DNA from: Gemmatimonadota bacterium
GTDB taxonomy: Bacteria > Gemmatimonadota > Gemmatimonadetes > Palauibacterales > Palauibacteraceae
Direction of reading: 5' to 3'
NCBI GenBank assembly: GCA_022820995.1
Contig: JAJEEM010000050.1
Span: 1,140-65,139 of the forward strand
Length of the DNA: 64,000 nt
A model generated the notes under the pieces. The model searched no databases, was not told the origin of the DNA, and saw nothing but the letters and a program-made list of their open reading frames with translations. A program made the translations under genes and the position numbers. Below are positions 1-9,164 of the stretch, one piece after another; within the stretch, counting starts at the first letter, position 1; each line of letters opens with the position of its first letter.

Positions 1-945
1 CTCTACCTCACGATGCTGATGTGGCCGATGATCGCTCTCGGCTGGGTCACGAACCTCTTCCAGCGCGGCGCGGCCTCGATGGGCCGCCTTAACGAACTGT
101 TCGACATCGTTCCCGCGGTCCGGGACCCGGAGTCGCCGGTCTCGCTCACGCCGGTGAGGGGCGCGCTGGAGTTCGACGACGTTTCCTTCCGCTATCCGGA
201 AACGGAGCGCGATGTGCTGCGGGACGTCTCCTTCCGCATCGAACCTGGGCAGACGGTCGCCATCGTCGGCGCGACGGCGAGCGGCAAGTCCACGCTGGCC
301 GCGCTCATCCCCCGTCTCTACGACGTGACGGCGGGGACGATTCGCCTGGATGGCGTGGATATCCGCGAACTCGACCTGGGGCTGCTGCGCGACTCGATGG
401 CTTTCGTGCCGCAGGAGCCGTTCCTGTTCAGCATGCGGCTGAGGACGAACATCGAACTCCTGCACGGAGGAAGGGACGCGGGGGAGCCCCTCTCGGAGGA
501 ACTCCGCAGCGCACTCGCCGTCTCGCAGCTGGAGAAGACGCTGGCCGTCCTTCCCGATGGGATCGACACGCGCCTCGGCGAGCGCGGCATCAACCTTTCG
601 GGCGGACAGAAACAGCGTGCCACGCTGGCCCGGGCCGTCCACCGCGATGCACCGGTCCTCATCCTGGACGACGCGCTGTCGGCCGTGGATTCGGAGACGG
701 AAACGGCGATCCTGGAGGCGCTGCGCGAATACATGTCCGGGCGCACCTCCATCATCGTCTCCCACCGGGTGTCGGCGGTGCGCACGGCCGACCTGATCCT
801 GGTCCTGGACGATGGACGCCTCGTCGAGCGCGGCAACCATGAAGATCTGATCGCGGCCGACGGCGTCTACGCGCGTCTGCTTCGCCGCCAGCTCATGGCC
901 GAGGAACTCGAGCGCATCGAGCAGCGGCGCGTCGCCAGCGCCTGA
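1..945 (+). CDS. ABC transporter permease/ATP-binding protein (MdlA/MsbA-like), 5'-truncated by window
   Basis: Walker A GATASGKST, signature LSGGQKQR, Walker B LILDD; begins in last TM helix (MLMWPMIALGW). Confidence 0.92.
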   Translation, partial: LYLTMLMWPMIALGWVTNLFQRGAASMGRLNELFDIVPAVRDPESPVSLTPVRGALEFDDVSFRYPETERDVLRDVSFRIEPGQTVAIVGATASGKSTLAALIPRLYDVTAGTIRLDGVDIRELDLGLLRDSMAFVPQEPFLFSMRLRTNIELLHGGRDAGEPLSEELRSALAVSQLEKTLAVLPDGIDTRLGERGINLSGGQKQRATLARAVHRDAPVLILDDALSAVDSETETAILEALREYMSGRTSIIVSHRVSAVRTADLILVLDDGRLVERGNHEDLIAADGVYARLLRRQLMAEELERIEQRRVASA

Positions 946-961
946 CGCTCCGGCCCCCGGG

Positions 962-1909
962 TTACCGGTACTCCGACCGGAACCCGATCATCTTGTAGGC
1001 GAGCTTGGCCGCGGTGAAGGCCGAAGCCTCTTCGCCCCGACGCGGGGCGAGTTCCACGATGTCCGCGCCCACGACGCGGCGCTCGCCGAAGACCCGGGAG
1101 AGCAGATCCAGCGCGTCCCACCAGCTTCCGCCGCCGGGTTCCGGCGTGCCGGTGGCCGGCATCACGGACGGATCGAAAAAGTCCACGTCGAACGTGATGT
1201 AGACGTTCTCCCCCAGCGCCTCCAGGGCCCGCTCAACCCAGCCCGGGCGGCGCATCTCGTGGGCGAAGACGACCTCGATCCCGTGTTCGCGGATGACGTC
1301 CCGCTCCTCCCGCGTGAGCGCCCGGATCCCGACCGCTACGATATTCGTCGCGCTCGGCCGGCCCGCGCCGCCGTGCAACCGGTGCTCGAGTACCCGGCGC
1401 ATGACACAGGCATGGTTCCATGGGGAGTCGTGGTGGCGATCCCTGAGGTCCGTGTGCGCGTCGAACTGGAGAATCGTGACGTCGCCGCCGAGCCGCTCCG
1501 CCCACGCGGTGGCCGGTGCGCTGGATATCGAATGCTCCCCGCCCAGTCCGATGACGAAGCGGTCCCCCGCGGCCTCGAGCAGATCGTCGTACAGGGCCCG
1601 CAGCCTCGCGATCGCGGGTTCGGGGCCGGCGGTGCCGAGGTCGATGGACGGGAGCGTGCACACGCCGACCTCGTACGGCTCGCGGTCCAGTTCCTCGTCA
1701 TACCATTCGATGTAGCGCGACGCCTCGATGATCGCGGCCGGACCTTCGCGCGTACCCGTCCCCCAGCTTGTCGTCGCTTCGTAGGGGATGGGGAGGATCA
1801 CGGCGCCGGCCGTCTCCCAACGGCACAGTTCGGGCGGGAGATCGAGGAAGTTGCGGCGGTCCGTCCAGGCGTGCTCCGCGAGAGCGCGGGGCAGATCGGC
1901 CTCGTTCAG
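962..1909 (-). CDS. speB: Agmatinase (ureohydrolase family)
   Basis: GGEHSIS, DAHTD, DVDFFDP..PATGTPEPGG motifs. Frame stays open upstream of the 1801 GTG (..DRRNFLDLP..); probable start is a CTG at or near 1909 overlapping the fur stop (uncertain). Confidence 0.88.
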   Translation of the reverse strand: MNEADLPRALAEHAWTDRRNFLDLPPELCRWETAGAVILPIPYEATTSWGTGTREGPAAIIEASRYIEWYDEELDREPYEVGVCTLPSIDLGTAGPEPAIARLRALYDDLLEAAGDRFVIGLGGEHSISSAPATAWAERLGGDVTILQFDAHTDLRDRHHDSPWNHACVMRRVLEHRLHGGAGRPSATNIVAVGIRALTREERDVIREHGIEVVFAHEMRRPGWVERALEALGENVYITFDVDFFDPSVMPATGTPEPGGGSWWDALDLLSRVFGERRVVGADIVELAPRRGEEASAFTAAKLAYKMIGFRSEYR

Positions 1910-2352
1910 TGCAGGCAGTCGGGGCAGTAGCCCTCCAGCTCGAGCCGGTAGCCGACGACATTGAACGGCGTCATATCGGCCAGACCCTCCATCCAGTCGC
2001 GTGGGCGCAGGCCTTCGATGTCCTGAACGCGGCCGCAGGAGAGACAGCGGATATGTTCGTGATCATCGGTGCGGCCATCGTAGCGCGCGGGACCCACGCC
2101 GAGCGAGAGCTTACGCGCGACCCCGCAGGTCACGAACGCCTCGAGCGCCTTGTAGACCGTGGCGAGGCTGATGTCCGGAATCCGCTCGCGCACCGAGGTG
2201 AAGACATCGTCCGCCGTCGGGTGCGAGGACGTGCCGGACAGCACGCGGTACACGGCCGCGCGCTGGGTCGTAAACCGGTGGCCGCCGGCTTCCAGGGCAC
2301 GACGCAACTCTTCTCGGGACACGCCTCGGCGTGGAGCTTCGGGAGGACTCAC
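1906..2352 (-). CDS. Fur-family transcriptional regulator (Fur/PerR-like)
   Basis: RFTTQR..HPTADDV..ISLATVYKAL HTH, HEH metal site, two CxxC motifs (CLSC, CPDC). Confidence 0.93.
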   Translation of the reverse strand: MSPPEAPRRGVSREELRRALEAGGHRFTTQRAAVYRVLSGTSSHPTADDVFTSVRERIPDISLATVYKALEAFVTCGVARKLSLGVGPARYDGRTDDHEHIRCLSCGRVQDIEGLRPRDWMEGLADMTPFNVVGYRLELEGYCPDCLH

Positions 2353-2421
2353 TTGACCATCACACCGTCAGGAAACGGGCCATCGCTCGGTCTTCGCGAC
2401 CGATCCTCGCGTTCGCCGAAG

Positions 2422-2871
2422 CTAACGACCCCGTCCGGCGGGATCAACGGAGACCTCCGCCTCCCGCGACTGTTCCAGGAGCGCTTCCCAGCGCGCCCCG
2501 TCACCCTCGATCGGTACGTGACGAACCGCCGCGGGCTGTCCGAGCCGCCGCTGCAGTCCGGCCACGAGGCCGGGCACACGGTTCGCCGGCGCCCGTCCGT
2601 GCTCCACGACCACCTGGTGGGCGGGCGTGCCGTTGGCCGGCACCATGCGAGCGCTGTAGAGGGCGCGTCCGCCGTCCTCGAGGATGCTCGTGAAGAGGAA
2701 GAACTCGGAGGATTCCTCCATCTGGGGGAGGGGCGGAAAGAGCCAGACATCGGCAATGCGGGGCGGAGGGATGCGCCGGCCGAGGTCGCCGAGCCGCGCC
2801 GCGCGAGAACCCGGATCGTCCATAACCCCGTTCCCCGCGTGCGGAAGTTCGTTCGTGACCTTCGCGTCCAT
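2422..2871 (-). CDS. Hypothetical protein
   Basis: Co-oriented within the operon, ATG preceded by GGGGAGGA, globular-looking sequence (IADVWLFPPL..EHGRAP..RVPGLVAGLQRRLG). Confidence 0.65.
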   Translation of the reverse strand: MDAKVTNELPHAGNGVMDDPGSRAARLGDLGRRIPPPRIADVWLFPPLPQMEESSEFFLFTSILEDGGRALYSARMVPANGTPAHQVVVEHGRAPANRVPGLVAGLQRRLGQPAAVRHVPIEGDGARWEALLEQSREAEVSVDPAGRGR

Positions 2872-3006
2872 CTCATCCTCCCCGCCGAATCCCCACCCTG
2901 GGCTCCGCTGCCGGCAGCCCCGAACGCACGGCACGTCTTCAACATACCCCGATGTCCCGGACGGAGGCAATCCGAAGAGCCCGCCCCGCGCCCGTACGGA
3001 CCGGTG

Positions 3007-4041
3007 CTACCGGGCCTTCTTCGAGGCCACCGCCGCCTCCACGAGCGGGCGCAACGCGTCCAGCACGACCCGCACCGCCTCTTCCAGATCGAGTTCTACG
3101 AGGACACCGGAAGCCTTCGCGTGTCCGCCGCCGCCGAGGAGCTGCGCGACGCCGGACACGTCCACTTCCCCGTTCGAACGCAGCGACACCTTCGTGCGAT
3201 TGCGCGCGAGGCCGCGGAAGAGGAGTCCGACCTCCATTCCCGCGAGCCGGCGCGGGAACTCGACCAGGCCTTCCATGTCGTCGCTTCGCGCACCCGTCCT
3301 CGAGAGGGCCCGACGGTCGAGCGCGATCCAGGCGATGGGGGCGCGAGGGTCGACTTCCAGACCCTCGAGGCCCAGCCGCATGAGGGCCAGCCGTCCCCGG
3401 CTGTACACGCCGTACAGCTCGCGGTAGAGCGCACCCGTATCCACACCCGTCTCCAGCAGCACGGACGCGATCGCGTGCGCACGGGGAGAGGTGTTCGAGA
3501 AGCGGAACGAGCCAGTATCCGTCGAAATCGCCGTATAGAGAGCTTCCGCTTCCGCTCGCGTGAGCTCTTCGTCGTCGAGCGAGAGCAGGTCGTAGACGAG
3601 TTCACCCGTCGCGCACGCGGAGGGATCGCGGATCGCCGGCGTCACGAGGGGGGATCCCACAGGCGGATGATGGTCGATCAGGACGCCCCCCGTCCGCTCC
3701 GCATGTTCGGGCAGGCCGCCGAGACGCTTCGGCTCGGCGGTGTCGAGGATGGCGATCGTGTCGGCCGCGTTCAGCGGATCCGCGGCCGCCGGGTCCTCCT
3801 CCACGAGCGCCGGGATGTCCGAGAGGAGGAATCGCAGCGAGGACGGCGGCCGGCTCGGGGTGACGATCGTGGCTTCGGCTCCGTGCCGCAGCAGCCGGCA
3901 GGCCAGCGCGACCATGCTGCCGAGCCCGTCGCCGTCGGGATTCACGTGGGTCGTGAGCACGACGGACGCTGCGTCGCGCAGGCGGCGCCGGATCGCTTCG
4001 AGCGCCTTCGCGCGAGCCGGCGACATCGGGGACACGGTCAA
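3007..4041 (-). CDS. nrnA: DHH/DHHA1 phosphoesterase (NrnA-like oligoribonuclease/pAp phosphatase)
   Basis: HVNPDGD, IDHH, TDTGSF, SLRS and GGGGHAKASG motifs. Confidence 0.9.
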   Translation of the reverse strand: MTVSPMSPARAKALEAIRRRLRDAASVVLTTHVNPDGDGLGSMVALACRLLRHGAEATIVTPSRPPSSLRFLLSDIPALVEEDPAAADPLNAADTIAILDTAEPKRLGGLPEHAERTGGVLIDHHPPVGSPLVTPAIRDPSACATGELVYDLLSLDDEELTRAEAEALYTAISTDTGSFRFSNTSPRAHAIASVLLETGVDTGALYRELYGVYSRGRLALMRLGLEGLEVDPRAPIAWIALDRRALSRTGARSDDMEGLVEFPRRLAGMEVGLLFRGLARNRTKVSLRSNGEVDVSGVAQLLGGGGHAKASGVLVELDLEEAVRVVLDALRPLVEAAVASKKAR

Positions 4042-4655
4042 GGTCCGCTCCCGCCGGCCGCCCGCAGGATCTCCCGCCAGAGTCCGCGGGTGGCGATGTC
4101 CAGTTCGCCGGGATCCCCCCGGTTGTCGAGCACGCGATCTGCCCGACGCCGTTTCTCCGAAGCCGCGAGTTGCGCGGCATCGATGGCGGCGAACTCCTCC
4201 GCGGTCCAGTCTCGAGACGCCAGCGCCCGCGCCTCGCGCACCTCTCGCGGCGCATCCACGACGACGATCATGTCGTAGTCGTCCTCCAGGCCGACCTCGA
4301 ACAGAAGGGGGATTTCCTCCACGACCACGCGTACGCCCGCCGCGGCCGCCTCCCCGATTCGCCGGGCCCGGAGCTCACGGATTCCGGCGTGGGAGATCTC
4401 TTCGAGGCGTTCGCGGGCCCGCTCGTCGGCGACGGCGGCCTCCCGGAGCGCGGATCGGTCGATGGTCCCATCGGGGCCGATGACCCTGCTCCCGAACGCT
4501 TCGCGGATGCGGGCGTATGCAGGGGATCCCGGAAGCACGACCTCGCGCGCGAGTTCGTCGGCGTCGATGACGGTGGCGCCCCTTTCGGCCAGATTCCCGG
4601 CCACCATGCTCTTGCCGGCGGCCACCGTTCCGGTCAGTCCGACGCGAAACGGCAT
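4038..4655 (-). CDS. coaE: Dephospho-CoA kinase
   Basis: VGLTGTVAAGKS P-loop, IDAD..AREVV, EIPLLFE. Confidence 0.95.
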   Translation of the reverse strand: MPFRVGLTGTVAAGKSMVAGNLAERGATVIDADELAREVVLPGSPAYARIREAFGSRVIGPDGTIDRSALREAAVADERARERLEEISHAGIRELRARRIGEAAAAGVRVVVEEIPLLFEVGLEDDYDMIVVVDAPREVREARALASRDWTAEEFAAIDAAQLAASEKRRRADRVLDNRGDPGELDIATRGLWREILRAAGGSGP

Positions 4656-4662
4656 GGTATGG

Positions 4663-5022
4663 CTAGACGGCGAAAGAGGTCCCGCAGCCGCAACTCCCCG
4701 TCGCGTTCGGATTCTCGAACGTGAACCCCGTGCCCTGAAACGAGCTGTGGTATCCGATGGAAAGACCGGCCAGGTACTGGGCGCTGAACGGATCGATGAC
4801 GACGGGCACCCCCTCCGACTCGAAGGTGAAATCGTCCTCGCGCACCGCGGTGTCCATGTCCAGCCCGTATTCGAAGCCGGAGCACCCGCCCGGAATCACG
4901 CTCACCCTCAGGATCATCTCGGCGTCCGTCCCGGCCTGGAACTCCCTGACCTTCGCGGCCGCCTCCGGCGTCAGCGTGACGATGGGTTCGGCCGACCGCG
5001 TGGCCTCTGCTATTTCGCTCAT
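4663..5022 (-). CDS. A-type Fe-S cluster carrier (HesB/IscA/ErpA family)
   Basis: GGCSGFEY and NPNATGSCGCGTSF; start reset to the ATG at 5022. Confidence 0.95.
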   Translation of the reverse strand: MSEIAEATRSAEPIVTLTPEAAAKVREFQAGTDAEMILRVSVIPGGCSGFEYGLDMDTAVREDDFTFESEGVPVVIDPFSAQYLAGLSIGYHSSFQGTGFTFENPNATGSCGCGTSFAV

Positions 5023-5114
5023 ACCACCCTTGCCTGCATCGCTTCGGGTACTCAGCGCGTCGGATTCCCCGCGCTGCCCATCTTCCTCAAGATAACCGAC
5101 TTCGTCGTTTCTCC

Positions 5115-6026
5115 CTAGCGCGGCCCGGCGGCGGCCCGCCAGGCAGGCTGCCGGTCGGCCTTCCGGCACGACCTGCGGCCGATCTCTTCCAGCCATCGCA
5201 TGGGCACGTGCGCCCACCCGGGAACACCCCGTCGGCCTGCGTCGGGTCCATGCCAGTCCGAGCCACCGCAACGGAGCAAGCCGAGTTCGTCGGCCAGAGC
5301 GTTCATGCGGCTCCGCACGGCCGGTGGATTCGCGGGGTGTACGACCTCGACGCCATCCAGACCCTCGCCCGCCCAACGACGGACTTCGTCTTCGCCGTGC
5401 ATCCTGCCCGGGTGCGCGAGGCAGACGACGCCCCCCGCCGCGTGCACGCGGTCGAATACGATCTTCGGCGGTGTCGGTTCCTTCCCGACGAAGGCGGGAC
5501 ATCCGCGCGAGAGGTAACGCCGGAACGCCTCGTTGATATCGGCGGCCGCGCCGCGGGCCACCACTGCCCGGCCGACATGGGCCCGGGTGGGGGCCGCGGC
5601 GCCCGTCTGGAGTTCAACGTCCTCCCAGGTCACGGGCGCGCCCGCTGCCTGCAGCCGTTCGACGATCTCGCGCGCGCGCCGCACCCGGTCCTCGCGGTAG
5701 CGGGAGAGAAAAGCCTGCAGGCCCGAATCGGCCGCATCGAACCCGTACGCCAGGAGGTGCACGGACCGGCCGGGTTCGTTCGCCGACAACTCCGCCCCCG
5801 GCAGGAAGCGGAGGCCGAGGTCTCGCGCCGCCGCCTCCGCCTCGGCGAGTCCCTGCGTCGTGTCGTGGTCCGTCAGGGAGAACCCGTCGAGACCGGCGTC
5901 CGCCACGGCCCGGGCCACGTCGGCCGGCGCGACCGTTCCATCGCTGGCGGTCGAGTGCATGTGCAGGTCGACGCACGGACCCGTTCCGGGCCCGGGGACT
6001 GTCCGGCCGGCGACGGGAACGGTCAC
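5115..6026 (-). CDS. PHP-domain metal-dependent phosphoesterase
   Basis: DLHMHSTASDG, LTDHDT, LAHP, GGSDWHG; GTG start overlaps the upstream stop (GTGA). Confidence 0.9.
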   Translation of the reverse strand: MTVPVAGRTVPGPGTGPCVDLHMHSTASDGTVAPADVARAVADAGLDGFSLTDHDTTQGLAEAEAAARDLGLRFLPGAELSANEPGRSVHLLAYGFDAADSGLQAFLSRYREDRVRRAREIVERLQAAGAPVTWEDVELQTGAAAPTRAHVGRAVVARGAAADINEAFRRYLSRGCPAFVGKEPTPPKIVFDRVHAAGGVVCLAHPGRMHGEDEVRRWAGEGLDGVEVVHPANPPAVRSRMNALADELGLLRCGGSDWHGPDAGRRGVPGWAHVPMRWLEEIGRRSCRKADRQPAWRAAAGPR

Positions 6027-6265
6027 CGACTGTAGGTCGGATAGTCGCGGGGGATTCCCATCGAACGCGAGGCCTCGAACAGGCCCTGAAGTTCCTCCTC
6101 TGACATCTCCTCCAGGACTTCGCTCCCGGCGTGCCGGTCCGGGTCCAGGCGAACCACCCGGTAGGGGCGCTGGTCGGTGCTCTGGCAGAAGAACACGACG
6201 ACGCGCTCCCCATTCTCGTCGGCGAGTTCCGCCCGCCACACGTCTCCCTCGGCCTTGATTCTCAT
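6023..6265 (-). CDS. Small hypothetical protein (~80 aa)
   Basis: Protein-like composition (VVVFFC..QRPYRVV..LEEMSEEELQGLF), GTGA coupling to the PHP gene. Confidence 0.65.
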   Translation of the reverse strand: MRIKAEGDVWRAELADENGERVVVFFCQSTDQRPYRVVRLDPDRHAGSEVLEEMSEEELQGLFEASRSMGIPRDYPTYSR

Positions 6266-6377
6266 GCTCACGCGTTCATCGTCCGTTGTGCGGTTCGTCG
6301 TCCTTCGGGGCGGCACTGCGGGCCCCGGCGCGGCATGCGAGCCGGGGTTGAGGTCGGGATCACAAGATCGGGGGACG

Positions 6378-7130
6378 ATGGAACAGGGTCAATGGCGACG
6401 GGCGCGGAGGCTCGTGCACGAGGCCCGGCGCGTGGTCGCGCTGACGGGGGCGGGGATCTCGGCCGAATCGGGCGTTCCGACGTTCCGGGACGCGGGCGGA
6501 CTGTGGAAGAGCCATCGCCCCGAGGAACTCGCCACGCCCGAAGCGCTCGCTCGCGATCCGCGGACCGTGCTCGAATGGTACGCCTGGCGGCGATCGGCGC
6601 TCGCCGGCTGCCGGCCCAACGCGGGGCACCGGGCGCTCGCGCGCTTCTTCCTGCGGCGCGGGGAGGCCGGACTCGTGACCCAGAACGTCGATGGTCTCCA
6701 CACGCGCGCCGCGCTCGAGGAAGCGGGAGAGGGGCCCGCGGAGGCGGCGCTGCCGCTCGAGCTTCACGGCGCCGTGGGCCGCGACCGCTGCGAGTCCTGC
6801 GAGGCGCGCTGGCCCGCCGAGCCGCTCGGCGAGACGCTCCCCCGCTGTTCCACCTGCGGGGGCCTCCGGCGGCCCGATGTCGTCCTCTTCGGCGAGATGC
6901 TCGACGCCGATCTGCTGGCCCGCGCGCGCCGGCTGGCGGAGCGGGCCGATCTGTGTCTCGTCGTCGGGACGAGCGCCGTCGTCTACCCCGCCGCGGCGCT
7001 TCCGCTCGCGACGCGCGGGGCCGGAGGCCACATCGTCGAGGTCAACGTGCAGCGCACGGCGCTCACCGAGGTCGCCACGCTGGCGCTCCATGGGGAGGCC
7101 GGAACGATCCTTCCGGCCCTGCTGGACTGA
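6378..7130 (+). CDS. cobB: NAD-dependent protein deacylase (class III sirtuin)
   Basis: GAGISAESGVPTFR, TQNVDGLH, HG, CxxC..CxxC, RPDVVLFGE, GTS..VYPAA; WYAWRR carries the YxxR acyl-specificity motif. Confidence 0.93.
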   Translation: MEQGQWRRARRLVHEARRVVALTGAGISAESGVPTFRDAGGLWKSHRPEELATPEALARDPRTVLEWYAWRRSALAGCRPNAGHRALARFFLRRGEAGLVTQNVDGLHTRAALEEAGEGPAEAALPLELHGAVGRDRCESCEARWPAEPLGETLPRCSTCGGLRRPDVVLFGEMLDADLLARARRLAERADLCLVVGTSAVVYPAAALPLATRGAGGHIVEVNVQRTALTEVATLALHGEAGTILPALLD

Positions 7131-7163
7131 CAGCCCGCGGCAATTCCGGCCAGCAGTCCGTGG

Positions 7164-7832
7164 CTAGGACTCGCGTTCGACGAAGACGGCGCGCGCGAGG
7201 ACAGGCTCGACGTCGAAGGAACGGTCGTCCACTTCGAGGCGGGCGACGCCATCCGTCCGCTCGCCCAGGCACCGTATGCGCGTGCCCGGGAAGAGCCCGA
7301 GCGCCGCGAGTTCCCGGAGCGTCCGCGGACTCTGGTCGGAGACCTCACGCACGACGCCGCGCCCTCGCTTCAACTCGGCGAGGGGGATCCACTCGGTTTG
7401 CGCGAGTTCGCCGTCGCGCGTCGGGATCGGACTTCCATGCGGATCGATCGAGGGCTCCCCCAGCGCCTTAGCCATCCGGTCGATGAGCGCTTCCGAGGCG
7501 GCGTGCTCGAGGCGCTCGGCTTCGGCGTGCACGTCCTCCCAGGAGAATCCGAGTCTCTCGATCAGGTACAGTTCGATCACCCGGTGCCTGCGGATGATCC
7601 GCAGCGCCGCCGCCTCTCCGGGGGCCGTGAGGAGCACTCCCCTGTAGGGCGTGTGCCGGAGCAACCCCTGCGCCGCCAGGCTCTTGACCATGTTCGTGAC
7701 GGACGCCGCGGAGCGGTCGAGTTCCTCGGCCAGCGCCGTCGTGGACACGGGATCGCCGGCCTGCTGGAGCTTGTAGACGGCCTTCAGATAGTCTTCGACC
7801 GCCCGGCTCGGGTCCGCGGGACCGGATTTCAC
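7164..7832 (-). CDS. DtxR/MntR-family metal-dependent repressor with FeoA domain
   Basis: EDYLKAVY, RRHRVIELYL, VHAEAERLEH, DPHGSPIP, C-terminal FeoA-like LGLFPGT. Confidence 0.93.
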   Translation of the reverse strand: MKSGPADPSRAVEDYLKAVYKLQQAGDPVSTTALAEELDRSAASVTNMVKSLAAQGLLRHTPYRGVLLTAPGEAAALRIIRRHRVIELYLIERLGFSWEDVHAEAERLEHAASEALIDRMAKALGEPSIDPHGSPIPTRDGELAQTEWIPLAELKRGRGVVREVSDQSPRTLRELAALGLFPGTRIRCLGERTDGVARLEVDDRSFDVEPVLARAVFVERES

Positions 7833-8647
7833 GAAGTCGGCCGCCGGAAGATGGAATCGGACAGCGCCGGGTTCAGTTCGACGTCATCGTGGCGGAGTTC
7901 GCGGGTCGGGTTCATCTCCGTGTCCCGGTAGAGCCGCGAGATGACGTAGGTGAAGTCTCCGACCTGCTCGTACCCGTCCCAGTACATGCGCGCCCGGCTC
8001 TCCTCTCCCCTCCCCTGCGAGATGTAGTGGACCTGCTCGGGCCAGGGATCGTCGTCGAGGAAATAGTAGAAGTAGCGGTCGCCGGACTGGAGGCCGACGC
8101 CGTCGCCGAAGGTGATGCGCACCTCGTATCCGCCTTCTTCGCGGGGTCCGGCCCGCCGGTTCACGCCGGGATCGAAGAGCTTGTACGGGAGCCCGAACCA
8201 GTAGACGACGTCCCGTCCCACGTACTCGGATTCATCCCAGGCTCGGATTCCCGGTTCGAGAAGGCGCTCGTTGAGGGTGGCCCACATCTCGGATCCCGTG
8301 AAGGTCTGGACGTAGAGGCCCTCGGCCTCGGGGCGCTCGATGCGGGTCTGCTCGACGCCGTCCACCTTCCGGTACTCGACGCGGCGCGGGCGCATCCGGC
8401 GGATCCCTCCCGTGGAGTCGTACCACACGGTGGTGATCGTGTAGCGGGCCGACTCGATGTCTTGCCAGGCTTCCATGCCGCCGGCGGCCTCGACCCAGGC
8501 ACCGATGAGCGAATCGGCGAGAATCTGATCGGGCTCGAGAGCCGTCGAGGTCGCGGGCGAGGAACCGTCCGGTGCACAGCCCGCGGCGGCGGCGAGGGCA
8601 AGGGCCAGAACTGCAGGGCGTCGCGGGAATCGGGCACGGTGGTTCAT
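7829..8647 (-). CDS. Hypothetical lipoprotein
   Basis: Lipobox-like AAAGC after a hydrophobic stretch; beta-rich body (EAAGGMEAW..YWFGLPYKLFDPG); GTGA overlap with the regulator gene. Confidence 0.7.
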   Translation of the reverse strand: MNHRARFPRRPAVLALALAAAAGCAPDGSSPATSTALEPDQILADSLIGAWVEAAGGMEAWQDIESARYTITTVWYDSTGGIRRMRPRRVEYRKVDGVEQTRIERPEAEGLYVQTFTGSEMWATLNERLLEPGIRAWDESEYVGRDVVYWFGLPYKLFDPGVNRRAGPREEGGYEVRITFGDGVGLQSGDRYFYYFLDDDPWPEQVHYISQGRGEESRARMYWDGYEQVGDFTYVISRLYRDTEMNPTRELRHDDVELNPALSDSIFRRPTS

Positions 8648-8723
8648 GAGGGCCTCCGGTGTCGGCTGCGGGTCGATCCTGTCGTGGCGCGCGGGCGGAA
8701 TATGCACGCTGGGGCCGGGTGCG

Positions 8724-9164
8724 TCACGGCGTGTCCGACGCTCCGCCGACGCCCTTCAACTGTACGACGATGACCTCGACGGGTTCGGATCCCCGGTTCA
8801 CATCTCCGTGCAGTTCGCCCGGAGGATCGGCGTCGAGCCAATAGGCCCGGCCCGTCTCCCACGTCATGTCGCGCTGCTCCCCGGCGTCGCTGACGACGGT
8901 GAGCGTTCCGCCCTTGAGCGCGATGATGGCGCGGGGGTTGTCGTGGCGGTGCATCGCGAGCGGCTGATTCGGCGCGATCACGCTCTTCCAGACCTGCACG
9001 TGTTCGTTCTCGAACTGCGGCGTGCGCCCGGTGGTCGCGGCCTCGGCGGCCGGTTCCGCCTGTTCGCCGGCCTGACCGCACCCCGAGACGAGCATGGCGG
9101 CGAGGACGGGAAGTGCCGCGGGAACGAAACCGCGGACGGCGGCTGGGAAGATCCTGGCATGCAT
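8724..9164 (-). CDS. Cupin-domain lipoprotein
   Basis: Lipobox LVSGC; FENEHVQVW..MHRHDNPR..LHGDVN cupin pattern; TGATG overlap. Confidence 0.75.
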   Translation of the reverse strand: MHARIFPAAVRGFVPAALPVLAAMLVSGCGQAGEQAEPAAEAATTGRTPQFENEHVQVWKSVIAPNQPLAMHRHDNPRAIIALKGGTLTVVSDAGEQRDMTWETGRAYWLDADPPGELHGDVNRGSEPVEVIVVQLKGVGGASDTP

